Part shown: in pieces, positions 31,262-40,994 of the stretch
Layout of the letters: each line of letters begins with the position of its first letter
Numbering within the stretch: position 1 is the stretch's first letter
NCBI GenBank assembly: GCA_049512075.1
Contig: JBEKXL010000006.1
Span: 58,439-122,438 of the forward strand
Origin: Candidatus Bathyarchaeia archaeon
GTDB lineage: Archaea; Thermoproteota; Bathyarchaeia; Bathyarchaeales; Bathycorpusculaceae
Length of the DNA: 64,000 nucleotides
Reading direction: 5' to 3'
Translations under genes and position numbers: made by a program
The notes under the pieces: model-generated
Databases searched by the model: none
The model's input: the letters and a program-made list of their open reading frames with translations, nothing else
What the model was told of the DNA's origin: nothing

Positions 31262-31896
31262 TTCTTGCTTCTTGCGTACTTTTCAAACTGTCTCAGATGT
31301 TTCTCAAGCTCGTTTCTCCGGATTTCTTGGGTTATATCTCCGCGAGTGATCTCGATGAGTTTTCTAGCAACGTCACATTTCCTCCTTAGGCCTGGCACAA
31401 GCATGTAAGATTCGTCCATAGCCATGAGTTCGATGTAGATTTGGTCCATCGTTTGCAGGTAATTTTCCCCTTTTTTTGTGTCGCCTTCGCGTAGAGCGTC
31501 CAGCACAGCGCGTCTGCATTCGCCTATTACATCAGCCAGTCCGAGCACGTAATCATCCGAAGGAGCACCAATCTCCTTAGGTGTTATGAACCTCGATTCT
31601 TGGACTAGCTTCAGGAATATGTTTGCTTCCGAGTATTCTTGAAGCGCGGCGCTGTACAGGCCGCAATAAATGATGCTGGGATGCGAGGCTGACATGTCGT
31701 TGACTCTTGAAATAGTTTTGCGTGCTTTTTCAATGAATTTTTCTGCTTCTTTCAACCTTTTTTGATGAATGAGAAGTATTGCTTGCTTCGAAAGGCTCGT
31801 TGCTTCTCTCAGATCTCTGTAAGCTGTTTCACGCACTTTGTCCTTGCACATTAGCTCTTTTCTTGTTTCATCTAGAATAGTTTTCAGAGCGTCCAT
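31258..31896 (-). CDS. translin family protein
   Basis: LQEYSEA, YVLGLADVIGE and LRRKCD. Confidence 0.88.
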   Translation of the reverse strand: MDALKTILDETRKELMCKDKVRETAYRDLREATSLSKQAILLIHQKRLKEAEKFIEKARKTISRVNDMSASHPSIIYCGLYSAALQEYSEANIFLKLVQESRFITPKEIGAPSDDYVLGLADVIGECRRAVLDALREGDTKKGENYLQTMDQIYIELMAMDESYMLVPGLRRKCDVARKLIEITRGDITQEIRRNELEKHLRQFEKYARSKK

Positions 31897-31999
31897 TACG
31901 TCAGCACCTTTTTCGGTTTGGAATATGTAGAATAAACGAGTATTTTATCGTATCCTCAAAAATAGGGACGGGCGACCGTTGCCCTGTGCCGTGCCCTGC

Positions 32000-32197
32000 T
32001 CATTCCTCTGGTACTATTTCTTTCCATTCCTCTATCAGCAGTCTGCTGTCGCCGCTTGGTCTGAAGGACACCTTTACAAATACAGAGTCGGAGCCTTTGA
32101 ACGGAAACATGCTGTCTTCGGCTAAATCTTTCGGCACGTAGATGAGGTATTTGCCGTCTTTCCTCCTGAATAGGCGCCCTCGTCCATCATTAACCAT
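32000..32197 (-). CDS. small hypothetical protein (AbrB-like fold possible)
   Basis: 65-aa ORF with GKYLIYVPKDLA; GAGGTG upstream. Confidence 0.6.
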   Translation of the reverse strand: MVNDGRGRLFRRKDGKYLIYVPKDLAEDSMFPFKGSDSVFVKVSFRPSGDSRLLIEEWKEIVPEE

Positions 32198-32291
32198 CCA
32201 TCAACACCTCGATTCAATCTTTGGTTCAAGAGCAAGGGTAATGCTCGAGGGAATATTTAAGCTTTGTTCTCATTTGATTCAAAAAGAACCT

Positions 32292-32323
32292 GCCAAGAGT
32301 CAACTCGGCCAAGAGTCAACTCG
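32292..32323. repeat. 16-bp tandem duplication GCCAAGAGTCAACTCG
   Basis: Two exact adjacent copies in intergenic DNA. Confidence 0.85.
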
Positions 32324-32506
32324 GCTTCAAAAGCTGACTTAATTGCAAAGAATATTACGCGCTGTCAAATCTCCTTGAACTCTCAAGTTTGCTTAACAGT
32401 ACAACGCGGCTTTCTGCAGTGGGCGGGACGCATGTTTCCAACGTAACCACTTTCAGGCGTGTTGCGCAGATGTTTCAGAGGGTGAGGATGGAGAGATAAT
32501 GCGGTG

Positions 32507-33688
32507 TTACGCGTCAAAGCAGTATTGGACTTTCTGGAACTCGGCGGCGAGTTTCGCCACGTTCTTTTTGATGGTCTCCGGGTTCTCCTTGTCGATGATT
32601 GTTCTTTTGACTAGTTCGGCTATTTTCAACATTTCTGTCTCTTTCATTCCGCGTCTTGTGACCTCGCATGTGCCAAATCTAATCACGCAGTCTGTGATTA
32701 TGTTTGCGCGTTGAAGCTCTTCTGCTACGGTTCTGCCTTTTTCGTAGTCTCCGTAGTCCACTATGACTTGGTGGGACTGGGTGAAGCCTAGGTGTTGGCA
32801 AATCACTGGGCAGCCGCAGTCTTGCAGTGCTTTGGCCAAGGATTTTGAGTTGCGGACAATCTGTGTTGCGTACGCTTTGCCGAAGTCTTTCATTTCAGCC
32901 AAGGCTAACGTAAGCGCTGCGATACGGTTCCAATGGGCATTATCTACAAAAGTAGGATAGATCTTCTCTTTCAGGGTTTCTCCGATTTCTTTATTTGCGA
33001 GAAGTATGCCTCCTTGAGGGCCGAATAAACTCTTGTGGGTTGAGCCGAACAGGACTTGTGCGCCTTCCCGCAGTGGATCCTGGAACTGCTCGCCGGCAAT
33101 AAGCCCGAGGACGTGTGAGCCGTCGAATCCCACGATTGCGCCGTTTTCGCGGGCAACTTTCGCCAGTGTGCTGACTGGATACGGAAAAAGAATCAGGCTT
33201 GCACCGAAAATCACTATTCGAGGTTTGAGAAGTGATATGGCTTCTTTTGCTTCTTCAACTCTTATGTTCCAATCTTTCTTCGAGAACGAGAAGGGAACAG
33301 GTTTAAGATTAAACAGTCCGGCGAGGCCTTCGCTCCACATTCCGGGGTATCCTCCGTCTTGCGGGGAGATGCACATGAGCGTGTCGCCTGGTTTCGTGAG
33401 GTTTGCCAGGACAATTGTGTCGGCGATGTGCCCTGAGAGCGGTCGCAGATCTGCAGTTTCAGCTTTGAACACTTCTTTTGCCAGTTTTTCACCGTATTGT
33501 TCGATTTCATCCGTGAAACGTGTTCCCATGTAGAATCGATCTCTGGAAGTGTAACGATGTGCAAGTTCCGAGGAAAGAAGTCTGCGCGCGGTTGGGCTCA
33601 TTATGTTCTCGGATGGGATGAGGTTCAAACATTGCTTGCCGCGCCACTCTTCATGCCTATTGACTAGGCTTAGAATATCCTCAATCAT
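32507..33688 (-). CDS. glyA: serine hydroxymethyltransferase
   Basis: LNLIPSEN, DGSHVLGLIAG and STHKSLFGPQGG (PLP lysine); start set at MIEDIL. Confidence 0.95.
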   Translation of the reverse strand: MIEDILSLVNRHEEWRGKQCLNLIPSENIMSPTARRLLSSELAHRYTSRDRFYMGTRFTDEIEQYGEKLAKEVFKAETADLRPLSGHIADTIVLANLTKPGDTLMCISPQDGGYPGMWSEGLAGLFNLKPVPFSFSKKDWNIRVEEAKEAISLLKPRIVIFGASLILFPYPVSTLAKVARENGAIVGFDGSHVLGLIAGEQFQDPLREGAQVLFGSTHKSLFGPQGGILLANKEIGETLKEKIYPTFVDNAHWNRIAALTLALAEMKDFGKAYATQIVRNSKSLAKALQDCGCPVICQHLGFTQSHQVIVDYGDYEKGRTVAEELQRANIITDCVIRFGTCEVTRRGMKETEMLKIAELVKRTIIDKENPETIKKNVAKLAAEFQKVQYCFDA

Positions 33689-33857
33689 GCCTGCACGCCT
33701 CAGCTCTTCAATACTATCTACTTCGGGCTTAAGTTGCTTTTCATTTGACACACGTGCCAAGCGCGCGTCAGAGATTGCGGGGGAAAAGGTAAAGTTTAAA
33801 ATGCACCCAGTATTAGAGATGTTCACAATCTTGGATGTATAGTTCGAGGGAAGACAG

Positions 33858-35966
33858 TTGGCAAAAATTCGGCTTAGGGCCAAACAGTTAATGTGTTTGT
33901 TCTTGATGTTAACATCTGTGCTGCTGGGTTTTTCATTCTTGCCTAGAGCTAGGGCTGTGATGCAGGTGTTCTCGATCAGTCCTGCCACGGGAAATGTTGG
34001 TACGAACGTTACGTTGACGGCAAACCTGACGACGACAAATGGGGCGTATAACGTTACTTTTGATGGGGCGGTTCAAGTTGTTGGAAATGCTACTGGAAAC
34101 AACGTGACCGCCTCGTTTTTAGTTCCAGAGACAACGTTTGGCAACCACACGGTGGCGGTGGTTGATGTGAGCAACCCCCTTGAGAACGCCACATATCCTT
34201 TCTATGTTTCAACGGCATATTACATGAATGTTACTGTGCCTCCAACCCCAACACAGTTGCAGGAAGGTGACTCAGTACCGATCTTTTTGAATGTAACTGG
34301 TGAGTTTGCCAACATGACGTACGGTGCTCAGTTTGATGTTCAAAACCCCGACAATTCGACATACTCTGAAAAGTTGGGCATTTCAACGTCCCCCCGTGGA
34401 AGCGGTAGCGTAACACTGACTTATCCTAGAGATTTTTCGACGGGCGCTAACACCAACTACGTTGGCAATTACGCGGTTTCTGCTAACTTGACAGTTGCCC
34501 CAACGAAGTTCATCGTGAGTTTGACGAATTCGACGGAATATCACAGGATGCAGACAGTTAACATCAAGGCAGTCTACGCGTCTAACGAAACCGTTACGCT
34601 TAACGTGTCCGGAAACAACATTCAATATTCCGTGAATATGACCGCTGATTCTGCCGGTGTAATCAATTATTCGAGCTTTGCAGTGCCGTTGAATGCTTCA
34701 GTGGGCACCTATAATGTGAACATTGTTTCAGTAGCTGCATCTCCGACAGTGAAGACTCCTCAAGATACTCAGAACTTCGCAGTCCCAGGTTTTGCTCTCA
34801 ATGTGACTGCAAGGAACTTGGCTGGAGACCTCGTGCCAAACGCCCCCGTTAGCGCCTTTGAAAACGGGACGTCTGTCAACAATCAAACAACCGATTCGAA
34901 TGGTACGACAGTGTTGATGCTTGAAATTGGAAACTACACTTTGAAAGGATATTTCCAAGGTGTGGAGGTCGGAGAAGGCCATTTTGAGGTAAACAACACC
35001 GAAGCAAGTAATCTTGTACTCAATCTTACAGATCTGAACGTTAGAGTTGTTGCGATTGTGAACGGTGCTGAAGTAGGCATCCCCGAAGCGGGAGTCTACC
35101 TGACACCGGAGAACGTGACCTTGACAACGGATGTCACTGGAAACGTGGTGGCACAATCACTGTTGCCAAATAGTACCTACACTCTGAACGCATCGCGGTA
35201 CAACACGCCGTTTAACGTGACAACGATTATCGAGTCTTCTTCAAACAACACTGTCAACGGAACGATTACAAGTCTACTGGTCGGTGGAAGCCCAGTGCCC
35301 TTCTTCAACGTAACCATTAGTTGCCCCTCGTACACATTGCAAGTCCAAGCCTTCAAGGCAGATGGGCAGCCATTCAGTAATGCTGCGGTGGAGGCCAAAG
35401 AGCTGGTTGGCGGCATTAACTATGACGGAAACACTGATTCGAATGGCACTGTCGCTTTCCAAAATGCTACTCTTGGCGAGTACTATGTGGAGATTCTTGA
35501 CAGTGCAGGAAAGGAGCTTAACAGCACGACAGTAAACCTGTTCCAAGATCAAAACGTGACCGTGAACTGTAATCTCTTCGGCTTGAACATTTCGGTCACG
35601 GTGACTGACTACTTTGGACAACCGTTTGCAAACACGAACGTAACGTTGCAGGAAAACGGCGTTGAACCGATTTCGAGTCGGACACAAGCCAATGGCATGG
35701 TTACGTTTGCCAATCTGGTAGGTGACAGTTACAGTGTCTCGGTCTACTTGTCAGATCAGGGTCCACCAACCATGATTGAGGGTCTTCTTGTTGATGGTTC
35801 AACAACGGTTTCGATTACAATGAACAGGTACGTGTTGTTGGCTGGGCTTCCAGTTGAAACAAGTCAACTGGCGGTAGTCATAATCATCGTGCTGAGTGTG
35901 CTTCTGGTTCTTTCATTGGAAGTCTACAGGAGAAGAAGAAACAAGAGTCAAAAAACAGACAGTTGA
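33858..35966 (+). CDS. secreted, C-terminally anchored Ig-like/carboxypeptidase-regulatory-like repeat surface protein
   Basis: Signal peptide, many N-x-S/T sequons, TDxNG repeats, C-terminal TM followed by RRRR. Confidence 0.8.
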   Translation: MAKIRLRAKQLMCLFLMLTSVLLGFSFLPRARAVMQVFSISPATGNVGTNVTLTANLTTTNGAYNVTFDGAVQVVGNATGNNVTASFLVPETTFGNHTVAVVDVSNPLENATYPFYVSTAYYMNVTVPPTPTQLQEGDSVPIFLNVTGEFANMTYGAQFDVQNPDNSTYSEKLGISTSPRGSGSVTLTYPRDFSTGANTNYVGNYAVSANLTVAPTKFIVSLTNSTEYHRMQTVNIKAVYASNETVTLNVSGNNIQYSVNMTADSAGVINYSSFAVPLNASVGTYNVNIVSVAASPTVKTPQDTQNFAVPGFALNVTARNLAGDLVPNAPVSAFENGTSVNNQTTDSNGTTVLMLEIGNYTLKGYFQGVEVGEGHFEVNNTEASNLVLNLTDLNVRVVAIVNGAEVGIPEAGVYLTPENVTLTTDVTGNVVAQSLLPNSTYTLNASRYNTPFNVTTIIESSSNNTVNGTITSLLVGGSPVPFFNVTISCPSYTLQVQAFKADGQPFSNAAVEAKELVGGINYDGNTDSNGTVAFQNATLGEYYVEILDSAGKELNSTTVNLFQDQNVTVNCNLFGLNISVTVTDYFGQPFANTNVTLQENGVEPISSRTQANGMVTFANLVGDSYSVSVYLSDQGPPTMIEGLLVDGSTTVSITMNRYVLLAGLPVETSQLAVVIIIVLSVLLVLSLEVYRRRRNKSQKTDS

Positions 35967-36057
35967 GCCAGAATAAGGAGTTTTGAAGAAAAAAGTTTAT
36001 ATGATGTTTAAGGCAAGATATTGCTTAAGAGACTTAGCTAGCGACGTAATTTTGTAA

Positions 36058-36372
36058 ATGAAATGGTCAAAGAGAGTGCATGCATTGGCACAGGTTAAAG
36101 CTTGTTCTCCAAAATGTCAATCCTTCAAATGTGTAAAAGAAGCAACTGTCCCCCGTGGGGATGCCGCGTGGTGCAGATGGACAGAAGAGATGTGCGACAT
36201 TCCAAACTGCACGTATGCCATGTGCATGAAAAGGCGACTGTTGCCGAAGGGAGTGTGTGGAGAAAGCATAAAAAGAAAAACTGTTGAGAAACAGCCGGAC
36301 GAAGTCGTAGGTCCGGCGATAAAGCTTCGTGGCAGAGCGCTTCGCAGGATTGGAGAGAAGGAGATATTCTGA
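36058..36372 (+). CDS. Cys-rich hypothetical protein
   Basis: 104-aa ORF with multiple Cys; TATA-like TTTATA upstream. Confidence 0.7.
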   Translation: MKWSKRVHALAQVKACSPKCQSFKCVKEATVPRGDAAWCRWTEEMCDIPNCTYAMCMKRRLLPKGVCGESIKRKTVEKQPDEVVGPAIKLRGRALRRIGEKEIF

Positions 36373-36438
36373 AGCAGAGCTTTCAACAGTGAGAGCGCTA
36401 GAGGTTCAGAAAAATCGTTTTCCCTTTATTTTTCTGCT

Positions 36439-36606
36439 TCACGTGGCTGGGATACGCTTGACAACGGGCGGCTTCACCTTGCGCAGAACTCTGTAGCCGC
36501 AAACTATGCATTTAGTTTCCCCACCGCGCAGCTCTAGTTCTTCCGAAGGAACCTTCGCTCCGCACCTTACGCACTCATAAACTATGCCCGCTGGTGCCCT
36601 TTCCAT
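36439..36606 (-). CDS. rpoP: RNA polymerase subunit Rpo12 (RpoP)
   Basis: YECVRCG...KCIVCGYRVLRKVKPP; start set at MERAP. Confidence 0.92.
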   Translation of the reverse strand: MERAPAGIVYECVRCGAKVPSEELELRGGETKCIVCGYRVLRKVKPPVVKRIPAT

Positions 36607-36906
36607 GCTGTTTCCTCTTCCTAACAAGGAAATCCATTTTGCTTTTAAATGTTTCCAGAGGTTTCTGTATTCCTGGCGCGCGCTGGAGCAACGGGTCCAA
36701 ACTGGCACCCAGTGGGCTTGGACATCGAAGTCTCCGAACGGGATAGAAGTGGTTGAAGCATGTGCAGGTGTTGCGATTAGTCGACTGTTGCAATAGGTGA
36801 GCTGATTGAGGAAGAGGAACAGTTCGCGCTCCTAGTGATGCTGAGCCCGTGGAAAAACCTTGAGTAAAGTGGTCCCTGGTTTGGGCGAACAATAAGTGCG
36901 GTTTTC

Positions 36907-37233
36907 GTGAAAGAGTTTTATAGTTGCAAAGCAAAAGGGAAATTGGAGGAATGGCTCATCAAGAAGAAATTGATGGAAATACTCGCGTGTCCAATTGACA
37001 AGGAATACCCCTTAGAACTGCTTGTCTTTGAGGAAAAAGAGGAGATTGTGGAAGGGTTGATCATCTGTCCGAAATGTTCAAGGTGGTACCCGATACGCGA
37101 CGAGATTCCTGAAATGCTGCCGGATGAGATGCGAACGGAAAAGGAGGACTTGCCTTTTTTGAAGAAGTGGAAGGCTAAAACTCCGGAGAAGATTCTGCGA
37201 GAGGGCAAGCCGTTCAACCTCGGGAAGCGCTGA
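36907..37233 (+). CDS. Trm112-family protein
   Basis: LMEILACPIDK...CPKCSRWYPIRDEIPEML; start uncertain. Confidence 0.88.
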   Translation: MKEFYSCKAKGKLEEWLIKKKLMEILACPIDKEYPLELLVFEEKEEIVEGLIICPKCSRWYPIRDEIPEMLPDEMRTEKEDLPFLKKWKAKTPEKILREGKPFNLGKR

Positions 37234-37246
37234 GGATTTGCCGTGC

Positions 37247-38194
37247 CTATTTCAGTTTGACTATTCTGTTTGTTGATGAGGATTTTATCGCTGATTCAGC
37301 TATTCTGAGCGCTTTCAGCCCGTCGAGGCCTGTTATCAGCGGTTTCTCTTTCTTCAGAATGCAATTTGCAAAGTGTTGAAGCTCAAGTTTTAAGGGTTCT
37401 TGAACTTGGTATCTCGGTTGCACTGTCTCCTTCGCGTCTTCAACCGTTAACTCTTGGGTGATGTAGTCAAGCCTCATTATGGCTTCGCTGCCCGTAGCTA
37501 TCAGAATTCGAGTCTTGTACGGTGTTAGCCAGTTAGATTCGATGAACGCGCTTTTTCCTCCTTCAAACGCGAGCATTATCTGAGCGTAATCCTCAAATTT
37601 CTTGTTTCTCATGCTTCCAGTCTTGGCGTAAACGGCAATCGGGTCTTGATTGAAGAGATACAACATTACGTCTATGTCGTGAATCGCTGTGTCCTTGACC
37701 ACGCCAACGTCGCCTATTCTCTCAGGCCATTGAGAAACTCTCTTTGCCGTAGCACATACGAGTTCTCCGATTGATTTGTTTTCAACCGCCTTTTTCATGT
37801 GTTGCAATCCTGGGATGAACCGCATCAAGAAACCGACGGTCAGATGTACTCCCATTTTTTCAGATGCGGCGAGAAGTTTTTCCGCCTGTTTCGTGTTTGC
37901 AGCCATTGGCTTCTCGACGAGGACGTGTTTCCCATTCTCTACAGCCTTGATGGCTTCTTTTGCTAGGCTAGTTGACCAGGTGCATACACTCACTGCTTCG
38001 ATGTCTTCTTTCTTGAGCATTTTTTCCACGCTGTTGTAAGGTGTGACGCCTAGTTGTTTGGCCACGTTGCTGGCTCTTTCAGCATCTATGTCGCATATAG
38101 CTAGGAGTTCGGTTTCTGCCAGTTCCTTGTATACTCTCGCGTGGTTTTTTCCCCAGAAACCTGTTCCTATGACCGCTGTTCTTACCTTCTTCAT
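37247..38194 (-). CDS. Gfo/Idh/MocA family oxidoreductase
   Basis: GTGFWG, VEKP and DTAIHDID. Confidence 0.92.
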   Translation of the reverse strand: MKKVRTAVIGTGFWGKNHARVYKELAETELLAICDIDAERASNVAKQLGVTPYNSVEKMLKKEDIEAVSVCTWSTSLAKEAIKAVENGKHVLVEKPMAANTKQAEKLLAASEKMGVHLTVGFLMRFIPGLQHMKKAVENKSIGELVCATAKRVSQWPERIGDVGVVKDTAIHDIDVMLYLFNQDPIAVYAKTGSMRNKKFEDYAQIMLAFEGGKSAFIESNWLTPYKTRILIATGSEAIMRLDYITQELTVEDAKETVQPRYQVQEPLKLELQHFANCILKKEKPLITGLDGLKALRIAESAIKSSSTNRIVKLK

Positions 38195-39567
38195 TTTGTC
38201 CAGACTCCTCTTCCTAACCCTCGATATACGAAACCTTCCTTTTCAATTTTGCTTGGCTCCGCTACGCCCTCCAGGTCGATTATGGCGGCTGGCATTTTCA
38301 TGGTGAGCTTCATTTTCCTGAGATTCATGTGTTTGAACTGGTCGTGTGCTGTCAGGATTATTACGCAGTCGGCGCGTTCCATGGCTTCAGTTGAGTTTTT
38401 TTTGAAGTGATACGAGGTTTCTGCGATTTCGTTCTCTGAAACGTATGGGTCGTAGAGGCTGATTTTGGCCCCCCTTGCTTCCAGAGTGTCAATGATTTTT
38501 CTTGCTGTTCTCTTGATAGGGCTTTGGGCGTTGGGGGTTTGTGAAACTCCCAGCAGCGCAATCCTTGCTCGTTTCAGTGTTTTTCCGCAGCTTTTCAACG
38601 CGTCCTTGACTAGGTTGGCCACGTGTTTAACTGTCTCTTCATTCGTGTCTCTTGCGGCCGTTGCTACTCGAGATCTTACGTTGAAGCTTTCCGCATCTTC
38701 CAACAGAAGGTATGGTTCGTCGCTGAGGCTGTCGTCCGCAAGTGCGGGTGTGGGAGGCAGCTTGTCAGTGTCTGTCCCGACGATTTTGAGGGCTTCAGTG
38801 TAGTCCACGCCTACTCTCTCACAGAGAAGAGCAGTTTCGTTTGCGAGAGCGATGTTGATATCTCGCTGTAAGACTTCGAGGAGCGCGGCCACTTCAGCCG
38901 CTTTTACGTTGGCTGTTCTTCTAACGCCTCTCTTGGCGAGTAGTTCAAAAACGAATGATGCAATCCTCAGGCTGTCCTTATCGGTTGCTGCGACAATTCG
39001 CTGATAATTCGCGGCTTCCTCACAAGTCAAGGTGTGCACGGTTTGAATTGGACTGTACGCCAGCCCGAAATCCCTGCCCGCTTTGAGTCCTGAAGTGTTT
39101 TCTAATGTTTCTTTTATCAGGCCTTCCGTGAGGCCAATCCCGGTTAGGCTCGTAACTATTATAAGGGATCCGCTCCGAAGGTTTGAGCCTATTTTTTTGC
39201 AGGTGTTCTCTAAATCTGAGTACTCTGCCTTTTTCCTCGAGCTGATCTTGACGGGGGTTGTGATTGCGATTATGTCGCTGTGGGAAACTGCCTCTCCAAT
39301 ATCATTAGTTGCGCTCAAGTGTCCTGTTTTTGCATGGCTTTTCAGTCTAGCCCCTGTTTCTAGTTTCAGAGAAGTTCTTCCCTTCGCAATACGGCCGACC
39401 GTGGTTTGGTCGGCGTCTACGCATGTTACTTTGAATCCTGCGTCTGCAAAGAGGACGGCTTGCAGAATGCCGTGTTGTCCGCATCCAATTATGCTTACAA
39501 CATGGTTCCCCCGTTTTTCAGGGGTATCCATTTCCTCTGGTTTGGCTTGCATTATCGGCGTGGACAT
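38191..39567 (-). CDS. nucleotide-sugar dehydrogenase homolog with degenerate active site
   Basis: UDP-glucose/GDP-mannose dehydrogenase architecture (GCGQHG, YDPY, TAHDQF) but catalytic motifs altered. Confidence 0.8.
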   Translation of the reverse strand: MSTPIMQAKPEEMDTPEKRGNHVVSIIGCGQHGILQAVLFADAGFKVTCVDADQTTVGRIAKGRTSLKLETGARLKSHAKTGHLSATNDIGEAVSHSDIIAITTPVKISSRKKAEYSDLENTCKKIGSNLRSGSLIIVTSLTGIGLTEGLIKETLENTSGLKAGRDFGLAYSPIQTVHTLTCEEAANYQRIVAATDKDSLRIASFVFELLAKRGVRRTANVKAAEVAALLEVLQRDINIALANETALLCERVGVDYTEALKIVGTDTDKLPPTPALADDSLSDEPYLLLEDAESFNVRSRVATAARDTNEETVKHVANLVKDALKSCGKTLKRARIALLGVSQTPNAQSPIKRTARKIIDTLEARGAKISLYDPYVSENEIAETSYHFKKNSTEAMERADCVIILTAHDQFKHMNLRKMKLTMKMPAAIIDLEGVAEPSKIEKEGFVYRGLGRGVWTK

Positions 39568-39599
39568 GCGACTGTTCTCCGTGGCTTTAGAGTCACTGC

Positions 39600-40973
39600 C
39601 TAGCTTAGCTTTTTGATTATTGCTTGGAGTTTCGAACTGTATTCTTTTACGAGCTGTTTGGTTTTTTGGCTGGTTTTGGCTTCGGCGTATATTCTATAGA
39701 TTGGTTCGGTGCCGCTTGGCCTTATCAGGATGCTGCTCTTGTCTTTGAACCAGATTTTGACGCCGTCAAGAGTGTTTGTTTTCAGCCCTTTGGTTTGTTC
39801 GATGAGTTTCTGCAGGACTTCCTGTTTGGCTTCTTCTTTGCATTCGATTTTTGTTTTTTCGATGAAGTATTCGGGTAGTTCCTCTATCAGCGTTGAGAGT
39901 TTTTTGCCTGTTTTGGCCATGATGTTCAAGATTAGGGCGGTTGTCATTGCGCCGTCTCTGACTGGTTGGTGAGGTCCGTAGAATATTCCTCCGTTTTCTT
40001 CGCCTCCGAGCTTGGCTTTCAGTTCTTTCATGGTTTGAGCGACTGTTACGCTTCCTATTTTGGTCCACACGATTTGGCCGTTATACTCGTCGGCTATGTC
40101 CTTGATTATGGTTGAAGAACTCACCGGCGTGACGATCTTTTCGCCTGGATTATCTGTCAGAAAATACTTCGCCACTAGGGCGAAGGTCTGGTCTCCCATG
40201 ATGATCTTGCCTTTCTCGTCGACAAAAATAGAGCGGTCAGCGTCGCCATCATAGGCCACGCCCAAGTCTGCACCTGTGGCCTTCACCGTGATTGCCAAGT
40301 CTCCCAGGTTTTCGGGGCGGGGTTCAGGCGGTCTGCCCGGAAATGTTCCGTCTATGTTTGCGTTTATAGTGGTGACCTTGCATCCTAGTTCTCGTGCAAG
40401 GCGCGGCCCTGTTAGGCTTCCTACACTGTTTGCTCCGTCGATTAAGATGTGGTAGTGTTTCTGCGTTATTGCTCTGATGTTGACGTGCTTTTTTACGGCG
40501 TCGATGTATTCGTCGATTATTCCTGGCAGTTCATGTGTCGTTCCTATCGTGTTCCACTCGGCGAGCTTTGCTTTTTCGCCGAAGTAGATGTTTTCGATTT
40601 CGATTTCATGCTCGTGGGATATTTCTATTCCGTCGTTCCATATCACTTTTATTCCGTTGTATTCCGGCGGGTTGTGTGATGCTGTCACTATGACTCCGCC
40701 ATCGGCTTTGTGACGTCTCACTGCGAATTGCAGTGCCGGTGTTGGCGCCATCCCTGTGAGGAGAACGTTGCATCCTGTCGAGTTCAAGCCGGCGATAACG
40801 GCTTTCGCGAGCATTGGTCCGCTTGTCCTCGCGTCGTAGCCGACGATGAGTTCTCCTCGTTTGAAAAAGGTGCCTATTGCATTGCCAACTTTGATGGCCA
40901 TTTCAGGCGTTAGTTCCTTGTTGGCAAGGCCGCGGATGCCGTTAGTGCCGAATAAGTGCTTCGAGCTTGACAT
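39600..40973 (-). CDS. glmM: phosphoglucosamine/phosphomannomutase family
   Basis: FGTNGIRG, TASHNP, DGDADR, GEENG and RPSGTEP. Confidence 0.9.
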   Translation of the reverse strand: MSSSKHLFGTNGIRGLANKELTPEMAIKVGNAIGTFFKRGELIVGYDARTSGPMLAKAVIAGLNSTGCNVLLTGMAPTPALQFAVRRHKADGGVIVTASHNPPEYNGIKVIWNDGIEISHEHEIEIENIYFGEKAKLAEWNTIGTTHELPGIIDEYIDAVKKHVNIRAITQKHYHILIDGANSVGSLTGPRLARELGCKVTTINANIDGTFPGRPPEPRPENLGDLAITVKATGADLGVAYDGDADRSIFVDEKGKIIMGDQTFALVAKYFLTDNPGEKIVTPVSSSTIIKDIADEYNGQIVWTKIGSVTVAQTMKELKAKLGGEENGGIFYGPHQPVRDGAMTTALILNIMAKTGKKLSTLIEELPEYFIEKTKIECKEEAKQEVLQKLIEQTKGLKTNTLDGVKIWFKDKSSILIRPSGTEPIYRIYAEAKTSQKTKQLVKEYSSKLQAIIKKLS

Positions 40974-40994
40974 GGTCTGACAGACCTCTTTCAA

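Noticed and set aside
33689-33988. 100-aa N-terminal extension of GlyA in the ORF track
   Set aside because: Overlaps the divergent surface-protein gene and its promoter; homology begins near MIEDIL.
36607-36906. C/D-box sRNA or gene between rpoP and the Trm112-like gene
   Set aside because: Box motifs are imperfect and frames are interrupted; more likely decayed sequence following a GCGCGCGCT motif.
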